Shown piece by piece: positions 30,957 through 38,940 of a DNA stretch of 38,940 nt. The stretch covers positions 1 through 38,940 of the forward strand of contig JAYENY010000010.1 of NCBI GenBank assembly GCA_034722415.1, in the 5' to 3' direction. Each line of letters begins with the position of its first letter. Position 1 is the first letter of the stretch. Below the pieces are notes generated by a model. That model did not search any database. It had not been told where the DNA came from and worked only from the letters and a program-made list of their open reading frames with translations. The translations under genes and the position numbers were made by a program. Origin of the DNA: Patescibacteria group bacterium. GTDB taxonomy: Bacteria > Patescibacteriota > Minisyncoccia > Minisyncoccales > PEYH01.

Positions 30957-31012
30957 TTCCATTCCCTAATTTCTTTTATCAAACAGTTCCAACTGAGTCT
31001 GGCTCAGTCCAC
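30957..31012 (+). repeat. att-like repeat copy 1 (56 bp)
   Basis: 42/56 identical to 31385-31440; last 18 nt match the tRNA-Ala 3' end (30861-30878) at 15/18. Confidence 0.8.
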
Positions 31013-31112
31013 AAATGCCTTTTTAGGCGTTTTTGTTTTTTGGGACCCTTGCTTTTTTTCTATATTCATGATATAATATATGTATAACTTCGGGAAAAAG
31101 GGAGTGATACGA

Positions 31113-31301
31113 ATGGCAGATTTAGAGAGAGAAAAAGAGGTTGCTGAGCTCACCCATGATGACCTTCAAGAGAGGGCTGAGAAGTTAGTTGCTCTTTTGA
31201 AGGATCGAGAAGTGGGATTGTTCTCGTGGCACCTAGCACTGAATGGGTCTCTGCAAGAATTATACGATCTCCTGTGTCCGATTTTCGGAGACAAGACGTA
31301 G
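31113..31301 (+). CDS. Small hypothetical protein (62 aa)
   Basis: MADLEREKEV...; AAGGGAGTGA SD, upstream TTGCTT/TATAAT promoter, downstream hairpin GCCGTTCAAACAA...TTGTTTGGACGGC-TTTT. Confidence 0.65.
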   Translation: MADLEREKEVAELTHDDLQERAEKLVALLKDREVGLFSWHLALNGSLQELYDLLCPIFGDKT

Positions 31302-31384
31302 CCGTTCAAACAAAAGTCGATTCAGACTACTTGTTTGGACGGCTTTTGCATTATACAAATTCATAAATTAAGTTATTTATCTTG

Positions 31385-31440
31385 TTCCATTCCCTAATTT
31401 TCCTAATAATTTGGTTCCAACCAAATCTCGCGCAGTCCAC
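31385..31440 (+). repeat. att-like repeat copy 2 (56 bp)
   Basis: See copy 1; last 18 nt match the tRNA-Ala 3' end at 14/18; shared GTCCAC core. Confidence 0.8.
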
Positions 31441-31700
31441 ATTAGACGATATTCCCCTGATTTGGGCGGCTTCGCCGCCCCTGCCGCCTCATCCCTTGAC
31501 CTCGCTCGCGCCTTGGCCGTTAGAAAATAAAGGAGTTCTCAAGGTTTTTTGAAATCAATGTATAGTTTTTGGTTCTTAATTCGGCGGTTCGAGCCGATTT
31601 TTTTGAGAAAACTTTTGATTTCAGAAAAATTATCCGAAGAAGCAAGATTTTTGGCTTGGTTGCAGGACAAAACCCAGCTTTTGGTGAGTTCGAGCGCACT
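31441..31700 (-). pseudogene. C-terminal remnant of a site-specific (large serine-type) recombinase
   Basis: Minus-strand frame LELTKSWVLSCNQAKNLASSDNFSEIKSFLKKIGSNRRIKNQKLYIDFKKP*ELLY... runs into the GTGGAC core; resembles CPR recombinase C-termini as recalled, unverified. Confidence 0.55.
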
Positions 31701-31973
31701 AAAGAAACTTTTTGAACAAAATTTTTAATTTGTTTTGCCAGTTCTTCCTTGCGCAAAAAGTGTTTTTGTTGACAAAAAGTTTCGCAGTAAGATTGAGGAT
31801 ATACTCGACAGTGAACAGGGTATAAAGTATAGTTGATCAAAAATAAGGATAGGATATAAGTTCTTTCAATTTGATAATCCCTGTCAGGATCATTATATAA
31901 TTGACTTTTACGAACAAAAAATTGACGATATTTTAAATGAAATATAGCTGTGTATAACTTTTTGACATCGCTC

Positions 31974-32002
31974 TTGACAAATAGTTTTACATCGTTTACA
32001 AT
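31974..32002 (+). promoter_or_regulatory. Sigma70 promoter
   Basis: TTGACA-17 nt-TACAAT upstream of the TA operon. Confidence 0.65.
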
Positions 32003-32253
32003 TGAATTAGATTGAAATAATTATTATTAAAATACAAAATTATAGTTAAAAAAGAACGCTCACAATCAAAACTTAAAAAAGTTTTAAAACAAAAAGGATA
32101 CTCTAGTGGCAAAGCACCCAAAGGCAAAGTTGCCCATCATGTTAAGCCTATTGCGGAGCATGGAAAAACCACAAAGAAAAACATTAGAGTTATTCCAAAA
32201 GGAAAACATCAAAAAATACACGCTAATAGAAAAAAGCGAGGTAAAATATAAAT

Positions 32254-33045
32254 ATGCTTTCAAAGTTTATTCAACAATTGCGAAAAAAGAATAATTTGAC
32301 ACAGGAATTTTTGGCGTCCAAAATAGGCATATCTCGTCCGACCTATGTGCAAATTGAACAAGGCGAACGAGATTTAACTATTGCTGAAGCTAGAAAATTA
32401 GCAGATGTTTTTGGTATTCCTTTTGAGGATTTTTTACGGGGAAAGGAAGGAACAAAAACAATTGTGAAAGTGAAGGGCAAGAAAAAGCAGGCGCAAAAAG
32501 AAAAAAACGAAATCAGAATTAGTGTTCCGCAAGAGAAAGTAGATAAGTTTCGGCAGATTTTGTTTTATATTTTAAAAAAAGTTGGCGGCAAGCCGAACAT
32601 TGGTATGACGGTTTTATATAAGTTGCTTTATTTTATTGATTTTGATTATTATGAAAAATATGAGGATCAGTTGATGGGTTTGATATATCTAAAAAATCAT
32701 CATGGACCAACACCCCTTTTATTCGAAAATCTTATCGGCGACATGATGAAAAAAGGAGAGGTGGAAATCGTCAAAAGCAAGTTTTATCAATACCCTCAAA
32801 CTAAATATTTAGTGAATCCAAAAATTGAACCTGATTTGAGTATATTGAACGGACAAGAGCAGGAGCATGTTGATTCGGAATTACAGCGCCTTTCAGACTT
32901 AACCGCAAACCAACTGTCTGATTTATCACATAAAGATGTGCCGTGGATTAGTGCGGAGAATGGGAAACCACTTGATTATGAGTCGGTGTTTTATCGCACT
33001 CACGAAACATCAGTACGAGAATATGACAACGTCGACGAAGATTAA
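32254..33045 (+). CDS. XRE HTH + Panacea (DUF4065/SocA-like) antitoxin
   Basis: LRKKNNLTQEFLASKIGISRPTYVQIEQG HTH; LYKLLYFIDF...HGPTP...LSDLSHKDVPW Panacea motifs. Confidence 0.88.
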   Translation: MLSKFIQQLRKKNNLTQEFLASKIGISRPTYVQIEQGERDLTIAEARKLADVFGIPFEDFLRGKEGTKTIVKVKGKKKQAQKEKNEIRISVPQEKVDKFRQILFYILKKVGGKPNIGMTVLYKLLYFIDFDYYEKYEDQLMGLIYLKNHHGPTPLLFENLIGDMMKKGEVEIVKSKFYQYPQTKYLVNPKIEPDLSILNGQEQEHVDSELQRLSDLTANQLSDLSHKDVPWISAENGKPLDYESVFYRTHETSVREYDNVDED

Positions 33046-33406
33046 ATATAATGCAATTGATTCTTTTCAAAAGGATCTTAAACGCCTTCTCAAAAAATTC
33101 AGAACGCTTGAGGATGATTTAGAAACCACTAAACGCAATGCAATAGAGTTATATCATCTCAAACGCATTGATAACAGAAGCATCTTTTCTATTCCTAATT
33201 TTTGCACAGAAGAAATAAAGGTTTATAAAATTAAAAAGTTTGCTTGTAAAGCATTAAAAGGGCGTGGTTCAAAGAGCGGAATGCGAATTATTTACGCTTT
33301 TCATTGTCAAAATTGTAAAATTGATTTTATTGAGATATATTTTAAAGGCGAAAAAGAAAACGAAGATCGTGAAAGAATCAAAGAGTATTTGAAAAATATA
33401 TTCTGA
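33023..33406 (+). CDS. RelE/ParE-superfamily toxin
   Basis: ATG 33023 overlapping the antitoxin; FQKDLKRLLKKFRTL...KGRGSKSGMRIIY...IEIYFKGEKEN. Confidence 0.8.
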   Translation: MTTSTKIKYNAIDSFQKDLKRLLKKFRTLEDDLETTKRNAIELYHLKRIDNRSIFSIPNFCTEEIKVYKIKKFACKALKGRGSKSGMRIIYAFHCQNCKIDFIEIYFKGEKENEDRERIKEYLKNIF

Positions 33407-33628
33407 ATCCACCCACCACCCTTTTTGATCTGTGGCCTGTCTCTTCGAAAAATCGGACAAAGCCCGCAAATAAGCGGGCAAAAAGGAAGGGAGTTTGGGG
33501 GAAGGAATTTTTGCTCGCCTGTTCCGCGCCGAAGGCGCGGCTAGAAAACTACTCAGAGTTACTCTGGTAATAAATCCGAACCTGATCCAATAAACGCCAC
33601 CAAAGCAGATTTTCCTGATTTTTTACGC

Positions 33629-33766
33629 CCAGACAGTGGAAACCCTGTATTTATTAACTATCAAGGAAGTGATCAGTTTTTCATTCGAACTTCTGTTAAT
33701 ACGCAACCGATGGGCATAAAAGAAGCGAATAAATACATAAATCTCCATTGGAATAACGGGAAATAA
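33629..33766 (+). pseudogene. C-terminal fragment of Schlafen/AlbA_2-domain protein
   Basis: PDSGNPVFINYQGSDQFFIRTSVNTQPMGIKEANKYINLHW; no proper start. Confidence 0.5.
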
Positions 33767-33770
33767 TTTT

Positions 33771-33942
33771 ATGAATACGGAATCTTCAAACAAATATCTG
33801 AATAAGCAACTATGACAACGGAATTGAAAGAATAAGAGATCACGGCGAAGTGTTCACGCAAGAGCGCAAGGTGAATGCCATGCTTGATTTAGTTAAAAAC
33901 GAGACCGAGAGAATCGAATCTCGCTTCTTGGATCCTGCCTAA
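33771..33942 (+). pseudogene. N-terminal fragment of an adenine DNA methyltransferase
   Basis: RIRDHGEVFTQERKVNAMLDLVKNETERIESRFLDPA* is cut at the SAM-binding LDPAxGxG motif. Confidence 0.7.
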
Positions 33943-34250
33943 GGTTGTGTCTGAGTTACAGAACGATTTTGATATAGATTTCGTGTTGCGAGAATTCTGG
34001 AGTAGACGCAATATACATAGACGTCATCTCTATTTATTCCCTGAGTCGCTTGATGCTGCGTCTATTGAAACTTAAAGAGATTCCGTACATAGCAGCTGCA
34101 GAAGATGTCTCTGATCCGAGGATTGTAGTTATCAGCATCGGTTGTTCAGCATCTTGTTTCAAAGATAAGATTCACGCCGGTAAACGTTGTTAAATCGAGT
34201 CGTTGAATAATCAGATAATGTGGCTGGGCACAGCCCTCTGGTTTTTTTAA

Positions 34251-34278
34251 TTGACATTAAAGTTAAATTATATATAAT
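34251..34278 (+). promoter_or_regulatory. Sigma70 promoter of atp operon
   Basis: TTGACA-16 nt-TATAAT. Confidence 0.75.
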
Positions 34279-34300
34279 GACATCTTAAGTTACAAAAAAT

Positions 34301-34558
34301 ATGGAAGATAAAGAATTAAGCAATAAGAGGTTTGAATTACAAAGAAAGTCTTTTTCTTTTCTTGTTCAAATGGTAGCAGTTATAGGAGTTCCTGCTGGAT
34401 TAGCCGCACATTATGGAAAGAAGATCGGGTTAAGCCAAGGAACACATCCAAGAACCATGATATTGTTTATGATCGCTGCATTGATAGTATCTTGGACAAT
34501 TATATTAATAAGATTCTTTAGATTTACTAAAGAATTTAGTGAATTAGATAAAAAATGA
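34301..34558 (+). CDS. AtpZ/AtpI-like 2-TM protein
   Basis: Two TM helices; first gene of the atp operon. Confidence 0.6.
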   Translation: MEDKELSNKRFELQRKSFSFLVQMVAVIGVPAGLAAHYGKKIGLSQGTHPRTMILFMIAALIVSWTIILIRFFRFTKEFSELDKK

Positions 34559-35337
34559 GTTTTTTACAGATTAATCAATCAATACCAGATTTAAAACCTG
34601 ATGTGCTTTTTAACATCGGAGGCTTCCCAGTAACAAATACTATGACTTTAACATGGTTAATTGTAGGCTTGATTATTGTATTTGGTGTTGTATTGAGAAA
34701 GAGTTTGCAATTAGAAGCTAAATCAAAACTTCAATTAATGATGGAAATAGCTATTGAAGGAATGATCGGGATGTTAGATCAAATAACTCAGAATACGGCA
34801 AAATCAAAAAAAATGCTCCCGATTATTGGAAGTGTTTTTTTATTTTTCATACTAACTAATGTTATCACTTTAGTGCCTGGTTTTACTTCAATTATGCATG
34901 AAGACGCACCATTATTTAGAGTCCCTACAACTGATCTAAATATGACATTAGCCCTAGCCGTAATGATGATTGGGTTAACACAAATAGTTAGCATGAAATC
35001 AAACGGTGTGTTAAAGCATATAGGTGAATACATTCAGATTAAAAAAGTGTATGATGGATTTAAAAAGAGTATTGGAGAAGGTTTTATTGCAATAATTAAT
35101 TTTGCAATGGGATTCTTAGATATTATTGGTGAGTTTGCAAAGGTTATTTCACTGTCCTTAAGACTTTTTGGTAATATGTTTGCTAGTGAAGTTTTGATGG
35201 TAGTGATGATGAGCTTTTCAGCTTTCGTAGCTCCATCAATATTGATGGCCCAAACCTTGCTAGTTGGTCTCTTGCAAGCTATGGTGTTTTCAATCTTGAG
35301 CGCAGTATATCTTAATTTAGCGTTTGATAATAATTAA
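34555..35337 (+). CDS. atpB: ATP synthase F0 subunit a
   Basis: PTTDLNMTLALA, ISLSLRLFGNMFA (essential Arg), LQAMVFSILSAVY. Confidence 0.95.
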   Translation: MSFLQINQSIPDLKPDVLFNIGGFPVTNTMTLTWLIVGLIIVFGVVLRKSLQLEAKSKLQLMMEIAIEGMIGMLDQITQNTAKSKKMLPIIGSVFLFFILTNVITLVPGFTSIMHEDAPLFRVPTTDLNMTLALAVMMIGLTQIVSMKSNGVLKHIGEYIQIKKVYDGFKKSIGEGFIAIINFAMGFLDIIGEFAKVISLSLRLFGNMFASEVLMVVMMSFSAFVAPSILMAQTLLVGLLQAMVFSILSAVYLNLAFDNN

Positions 35338-35348
35338 TATAAAAAAAT

Positions 35349-35570
35349 ATGGAATTAGGACCAGAAGCAGCAAAATATATCGCTAAGTCTATCGCAACTT
35401 TATCAATGCTAGGATCAGCATTAGGTGAAGGATATCTAATTGGTAAAGCTCTTGAAGCAGTTGGAAGAAATCCAGAGGTTTCAGGTAGAATCTTCCCAAT
35501 GATGATTTTGGGTGCAGCTTTAGCTGAAACATCTGCTATTTATGCTCTAGTTATAGCATTAATCATATAG
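35349..35570 (+). CDS. atpE: ATP synthase F0 subunit c
   Basis: GRNPE loop, ALAETSAIY carboxylate motif. Confidence 0.96.
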   Translation: MELGPEAAKYIAKSIATLSMLGSALGEGYLIGKALEAVGRNPEVSGRIFPMMILGAALAETSAIYALVIALII

Positions 35571-36065
35571 ATGAATTCAATTATTGAAAACTTAGGAATA
35601 GATTGGAAGCTATTTTTAGCCCAAATAATCAATTTTGCAATTGTGTTCTTTGTATTGAAAAGGTTTGTTTTTAAGCCAATTCAAGAAGTTTTAGAAAAAA
35701 GAGAGAAATCAATCAAAAAAGGATTAGATGAGGCTAAAGAAGCAGAGAGTAATCTGTTAATGGCAGAATCTAAATACAAGGAGAAATTGGAAGAAGCTAG
35801 ACTTGAGGGCAATAAGGTCATTGCTAAAGCTCAGGCTAGTCATGATCAGATTGTAGCCAAAGCTCAAACTGACGCTAAGCTAGAATCTGATAAGATTATG
35901 GAATCTACTAAGCTAAGGGTTCATGATGAGGAAAAGAAGATGGTTTCTAGGGTTAAGAAAAATGTTATAGATTTAACATTCTTAACAACTGAGAAGTTAT
36001 TGAATAAGGAAGTTGATAATAAGACTAATCAAGAATTTATAGAGAATATTATAAATGAAAGATAA
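35571..36065 (+). CDS. atpF: ATP synthase F0 subunit b
   Basis: QIINFAIVFFVLKRFVFKPI...KRE..I followed by coiled coil. Confidence 0.95.
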   Translation: MNSIIENLGIDWKLFLAQIINFAIVFFVLKRFVFKPIQEVLEKREKSIKKGLDEAKEAESNLLMAESKYKEKLEEARLEGNKVIAKAQASHDQIVAKAQTDAKLESDKIMESTKLRVHDEEKKMVSRVKKNVIDLTFLTTEKLLNKEVDNKTNQEFIENIINER

Positions 36066-36426
36066 GTTAGCTAAATTATTAATTGAGTTGGATGAGAATA
36101 ATCCAGAAAAGACTAAAGAAATAGTTAAAACTTTTGTTTCTTTTATGGAAGGGAATGAATACCAATTACCTCAGATTCTTAGAGTTGTAGAGAAAAAAGC
36201 ACAAGAACAAAGAGAGAAGAATACCCTTTATATTACATTATCCGATGAAATGGACATTGTAGATAAGATTAAGCAAGTTGTCGGTGCAGATAAAGACGTG
36301 CCAATAGAGATAAGTATTGATAAGAGTTTAAAAGGAGGATTTATAGCTCAGTATAACGGTAAATTATATAACGGAAGTATTTCCAAACAATTACAAAAAA
36401 TTAGAGAAAAAATATCATGCCAATAG
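36055..36426 (+). CDS. atpH: ATP synthase F1 subunit delta (short)
   Basis: Operon position; [10 protein letters not shown]...[10 protein letters not shown]-terminal motif. Confidence 0.85.
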   Translation: MKDKLAKLLIELDENNPEKTKEIVKTFVSFMEGNEYQLPQILRVVEKKAQEQREKNTLYITLSDEMDIVDKIKQVVGADKDVPIEISIDKSLKGGFIAQYNGKLYNGSISKQLQKIREKISCQ

Positions 36427-37919
36427 AAAATTTAGCAAACCAATTAAGGAAACAAATAGAAAACTTTAAACCAGAGATCGATGTAGATGAAGTCGGTAAG
36501 GTTGTTAAGATCGGAGATAATATTGCTATTTTGAGTGGTTTAAAGAACTGTCAGGCTTCTGAGATGATAGAGTTTCCAGGAAATACTATTGGTGTGGCTT
36601 TAAATTTAGAAGAAGAATTAATAGGTGCTATTCTATTTGGTGCCACTGAACATATTAAAGAGGGGGATATTGTTAAAAGAACGGGAAAAGTATTATCTAT
36701 CCCAGTTTCTGATCAAATGGTAGGAAGGATTATTGATCCGTTAGGAAATCCTATTGATGGAAAAGGAGATATTAAATCAGACAAGTTTTATCCGATTGAA
36801 AAGATTGCTCCGGGTGTTATGGAAAGAGAGCCTGTATCAGAACCAGTCCAAACAGGACTTTTAGGTATCGATGCCATGGTTCCTATTGGAAGAGGACAAA
36901 GAGAATTGATTATTGGTGATCGACAGACTGGAAAAACCGCTATTGCGATTGACGCTATTATCAATCAGAAAGGACAGAATATGAATTGTATATATGTTGC
37001 TATAGGACAAAAAGAATCTAAAGTAGCTCAAATTGTAGCTAAATTAGAAGAGTTTGGTGCTATGGAATATACAACAGTTGTAGTTGCTGGTGCTAGTAAA
37101 TCAGCCTCATTATCATATATTTCTCCATATGCCGGAGTTGCATTGGCAGAATATTTAATGGATCAAGCTGAAGACGTGTTGATTGTCTATGATGATTTAT
37201 CAAAACATGCTTGGGCATATAGAGAAGTATCATTATTATTAAGAAGACCACCTGGAAGAGAAGCTTACCCTGGAGATGTGTTTTATTTGCACTCAAGATT
37301 ATTAGAAAGAGCTTGTAGAATTGTAAAAGGTGGATCTATTACAGCGTTACCAATTATTGAAACACAAGCAGGGGATGTATCAGCATATATTCCTACTAAT
37401 GTGATTTCTATTACAGATGGACAAATTTATTTAGAATCAGATTTATTCTATAAAGGAATTCGTCCTGCTTTGAATGTTGGCTTATCTGTTTCCCGTGTTG
37501 GTGGAAACGCACAGATTAAATCAATGAAAAAGGTAGCAGGACAAATGAAATTAGCAATGGCACAGTATAGAGAATTAGAAGCCTTTGCTCAATTTGCTAG
37601 TGATTTAGATGAAGAAACTAAACAACAATTGAATAGAGGAGAAAGAATAGTTGAATTACAAAAACAACCACAATATTCTCCAATGAAAGTTTCTCATCAG
37701 ATTGCTATTATATATGCTGTTAATAATGGATTTTTAGATGATGTGAAAGTAGATGATATTGCTGATTTTCAAGAGAAATTCTTTAAATTCTTGGATTTGA
37801 GTAAAGAAGCGTTATTAAAGAAAGTTGTTGAAAAATGGGATGAAGAAATTGAGAAAGAATTAAAACAAGCATGTGAGGAGTTTAAGAAGACAAATGGCAC
37901 TACAAATAAAGACAATTAA
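36417..37919 (+). CDS. atpA: ATP synthase F1 subunit alpha
   Basis: [41 protein letters not shown]. Confidence 0.98.
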   Translation: MPIENLANQLRKQIENFKPEIDVDEVGKVVKIGDNIAILSGLKNCQASEMIEFPGNTIGVALNLEEELIGAILFGATEHIKEGDIVKRTGKVLSIPVSDQMVGRIIDPLGNPIDGKGDIKSDKFYPIEKIAPGVMEREPVSEPVQTGLLGIDAMVPIGRGQRELIIGDRQTGKTAIAIDAIINQKGQNMNCIYVAIGQKESKVAQIVAKLEEFGAMEYTTVVVAGASKSASLSYISPYAGVALAEYLMDQAEDVLIVYDDLSKHAWAYREVSLLLRRPPGREAYPGDVFYLHSRLLERACRIVKGGSITALPIIETQAGDVSAYIPTNVISITDGQIYLESDLFYKGIRPALNVGLSVSRVGGNAQIKSMKKVAGQMKLAMAQYRELEAFAQFASDLDEETKQQLNRGERIVELQKQPQYSPMKVSHQIAIIYAVNNGFLDDVKVDDIADFQEKFFKFLDLSKEALLKKVVEKWDEEIEKELKQACEEFKKTNGTTNKDN

Positions 37920-38778
37920 AAAAAGAATATCTTCTGTAAAGAATATTAAGAAGATTACCAGAGCTATGGAGATGGTAGCTGCTTCTAAGATGAGAAAGGC
38001 TATTGATCAAGCCCTGAATACTAGGACTTACGCTAAATTAGCACTAGAACTACTTGTTAATGTGGCTCAAGAAGATGTTGAACATCCATTATTAGAGAAA
38101 AGAGATTTAAATAATATATTAGTTGTTATCATTGGATCTAATAAAGGATTGTGTGGTGGCTATAATTCTAATATTTACAAGAAACTAAAAGAAGTTTGCG
38201 AATTTCACAAAGAAAGGAAAGTTGATTTTATTACAGTAGGGAAGAAGGTAGAGAAAATGGTTAAAGAGTTTTCAGGAAAACACGTTGCTAGTTTTATAGA
38301 ATTTTCAGAAGATCCTACATTTGATGATATATTAGCTTTAAGTAACATGGTGTTAGATAGTTTTACAAAAGGAGAATATGACAGAGTAAAGATAATATAT
38401 ACAGATTTTGTATCTTCAATTAAATCAGAAGTTAAAAAAAGAAACCTTCTTCCTGTTTCGGAAAAGGTCTTAGAAGAAATGATAGAACATTTAGGAGATA
38501 AGGTTGAATCAGAGAATATGTCTAAATATATATTTGAACCAGACAAAGAAGGATTATTAGATGAAGTATTGCCACGTTTAGTAGAAATACAGTTTTATCA
38601 AAGTTTATTAGAATCAAACGCTAGTGAACATTCTTCCAGAATGTTAGCTATGAAAGGAGCTTCAGATAGTGCGTCTGAAATGATAGATGAATTAACATTG
38701 TATTTTAATCAGGCAAGACAAGCTGCAATCACGCAGGAAATATCAGAGATTGCATCAGGCGCGGCGGCGTTGGAGTAA
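37894..38778 (+). CDS. atpG: ATP synthase F1 subunit gamma
   Basis: [44 protein letters not shown]; ATG 37894. Confidence 0.97.
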   Translation: MALQIKTIKKRISSVKNIKKITRAMEMVAASKMRKAIDQALNTRTYAKLALELLVNVAQEDVEHPLLEKRDLNNILVVIIGSNKGLCGGYNSNIYKKLKEVCEFHKERKVDFITVGKKVEKMVKEFSGKHVASFIEFSEDPTFDDILALSNMVLDSFTKGEYDRVKIIYTDFVSSIKSEVKKRNLLPVSEKVLEEMIEHLGDKVESENMSKYIFEPDKEGLLDEVLPRLVEIQFYQSLLESNASEHSSRMLAMKGASDSASEMIDELTLYFNQARQAAITQEISEIASGAAALE

Positions 38779-38807
38779 AAAATGTCAATATTAATAACCT
38801 AAAACAC

Positions 38808-38940
38808 ATGAAAGGAAAAATATCACAAATCATTGGAGCGGTCATAGATGTCGCTTTTGAGGGAGAATTACCAAATATTAACGATGCTTTGAAAGTTGGT
38901 GATCTTATCTTAGAAGTTCAACAACACTTAGGATCAGGAC
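38808..38940 (+). CDS. atpD: ATP synthase F1 subunit beta (5' partial)
   Basis: [28 protein letters not shown]...LEVQQHLG; runs off the window. Confidence 0.93.
   Translation, partial: MKGKISQIIGAVIDVAFEGELPNINDALKVGDLILEVQQHLGSG

Larger units (their letters stand above)
30879..34245. mobile_element. Decayed genomic island(s) integrated at the tRNA-Ala 3' end
   Basis: Two att-like repeats, recombinase remnant, TA pair, methylase and AlbA fragments; right boundary approximate. Confidence 0.7.

Noticed and set aside
30957-31440. CRISPR or integron attC array
   Set aside because: Only two 75%-identical copies 428 bp apart, no cas or intI, and the repeats match the tRNA 3' end
31539-31541. TGA at an expected Trp, suggesting UGA recoding
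   Set aside because: TGA terminates intact genes here (murC, DUF167, RelE toxin) and long genes have no in-frame TGA; the remnant is simply decayed
31520-31840. 106-aa minus-strand ORF in the track
   Set aside because: Off-frame; a different minus frame carries the recombinase-like remnant
32106-32294. 62-aa ORF upstream of the antitoxin
   Set aside because: No recognisable motif, overlaps the antitoxin start; cannot be supported
33941-34240. MITE/IS with terminal inverted repeats (GGTTGTGTC...GGCACAGCC)
   Set aside because: Inverted match is short and imperfect, with no target duplication or transposase

Overview
AT-rich chromosomal segment, most consistent with a Patescibacteria/CPR (Parcubacteria-like) anaerobe. 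This is inferred from the divergent 16S, the unlinked rRNA gene, CPR-type hypotheticals and a superoxide reductase. It carries housekeeping genes (typA, ychF, xseAB, thpR, murC, rplY, prfA, rpmE, rpsB, tsf), tRNA-Thr, a 16S rRNA-tRNA-Ile-tRNA-Ala unit with no 23S behind it, a decayed integration island at tRNA-Ala, and an F-type ATP synthase operon running off the right edge. The island holds stacked att-like scars, a recombinase remnant, an HTH-Panacea/RelE toxin-antitoxin pair and methylase/AlbA fragments. Main highlights: (1) The 16S 3' tail lacks the anti-Shine-Dalgarno (GATCACACAAT instead of GATCACCTCCT) and housekeeping genes have no SD. Yet about 10 interspersed, more GC-rich, mostly stand-alone genes carry strong AGGAGG-type SDs, usually their own promoter and terminator, and in several cases boxA-like leaders, i.e. 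a second gene class seemingly addressed to a ribosome other than the one encoded here. (2) A 415-nt ORF-less group IIC-like intron sits in the 16S decoding region (after E. coli C1402), with a 5' extension and loss of G1. (3) Tandem att/integrase-tail scars at tRNA-Ala. (4) A possible orphan DGR target, a thymidine kinase with a catalytic Glu->Gln change, and a Na+-type c-subunit. All protein assignments are from motif recognition by eye; no database searches were run.
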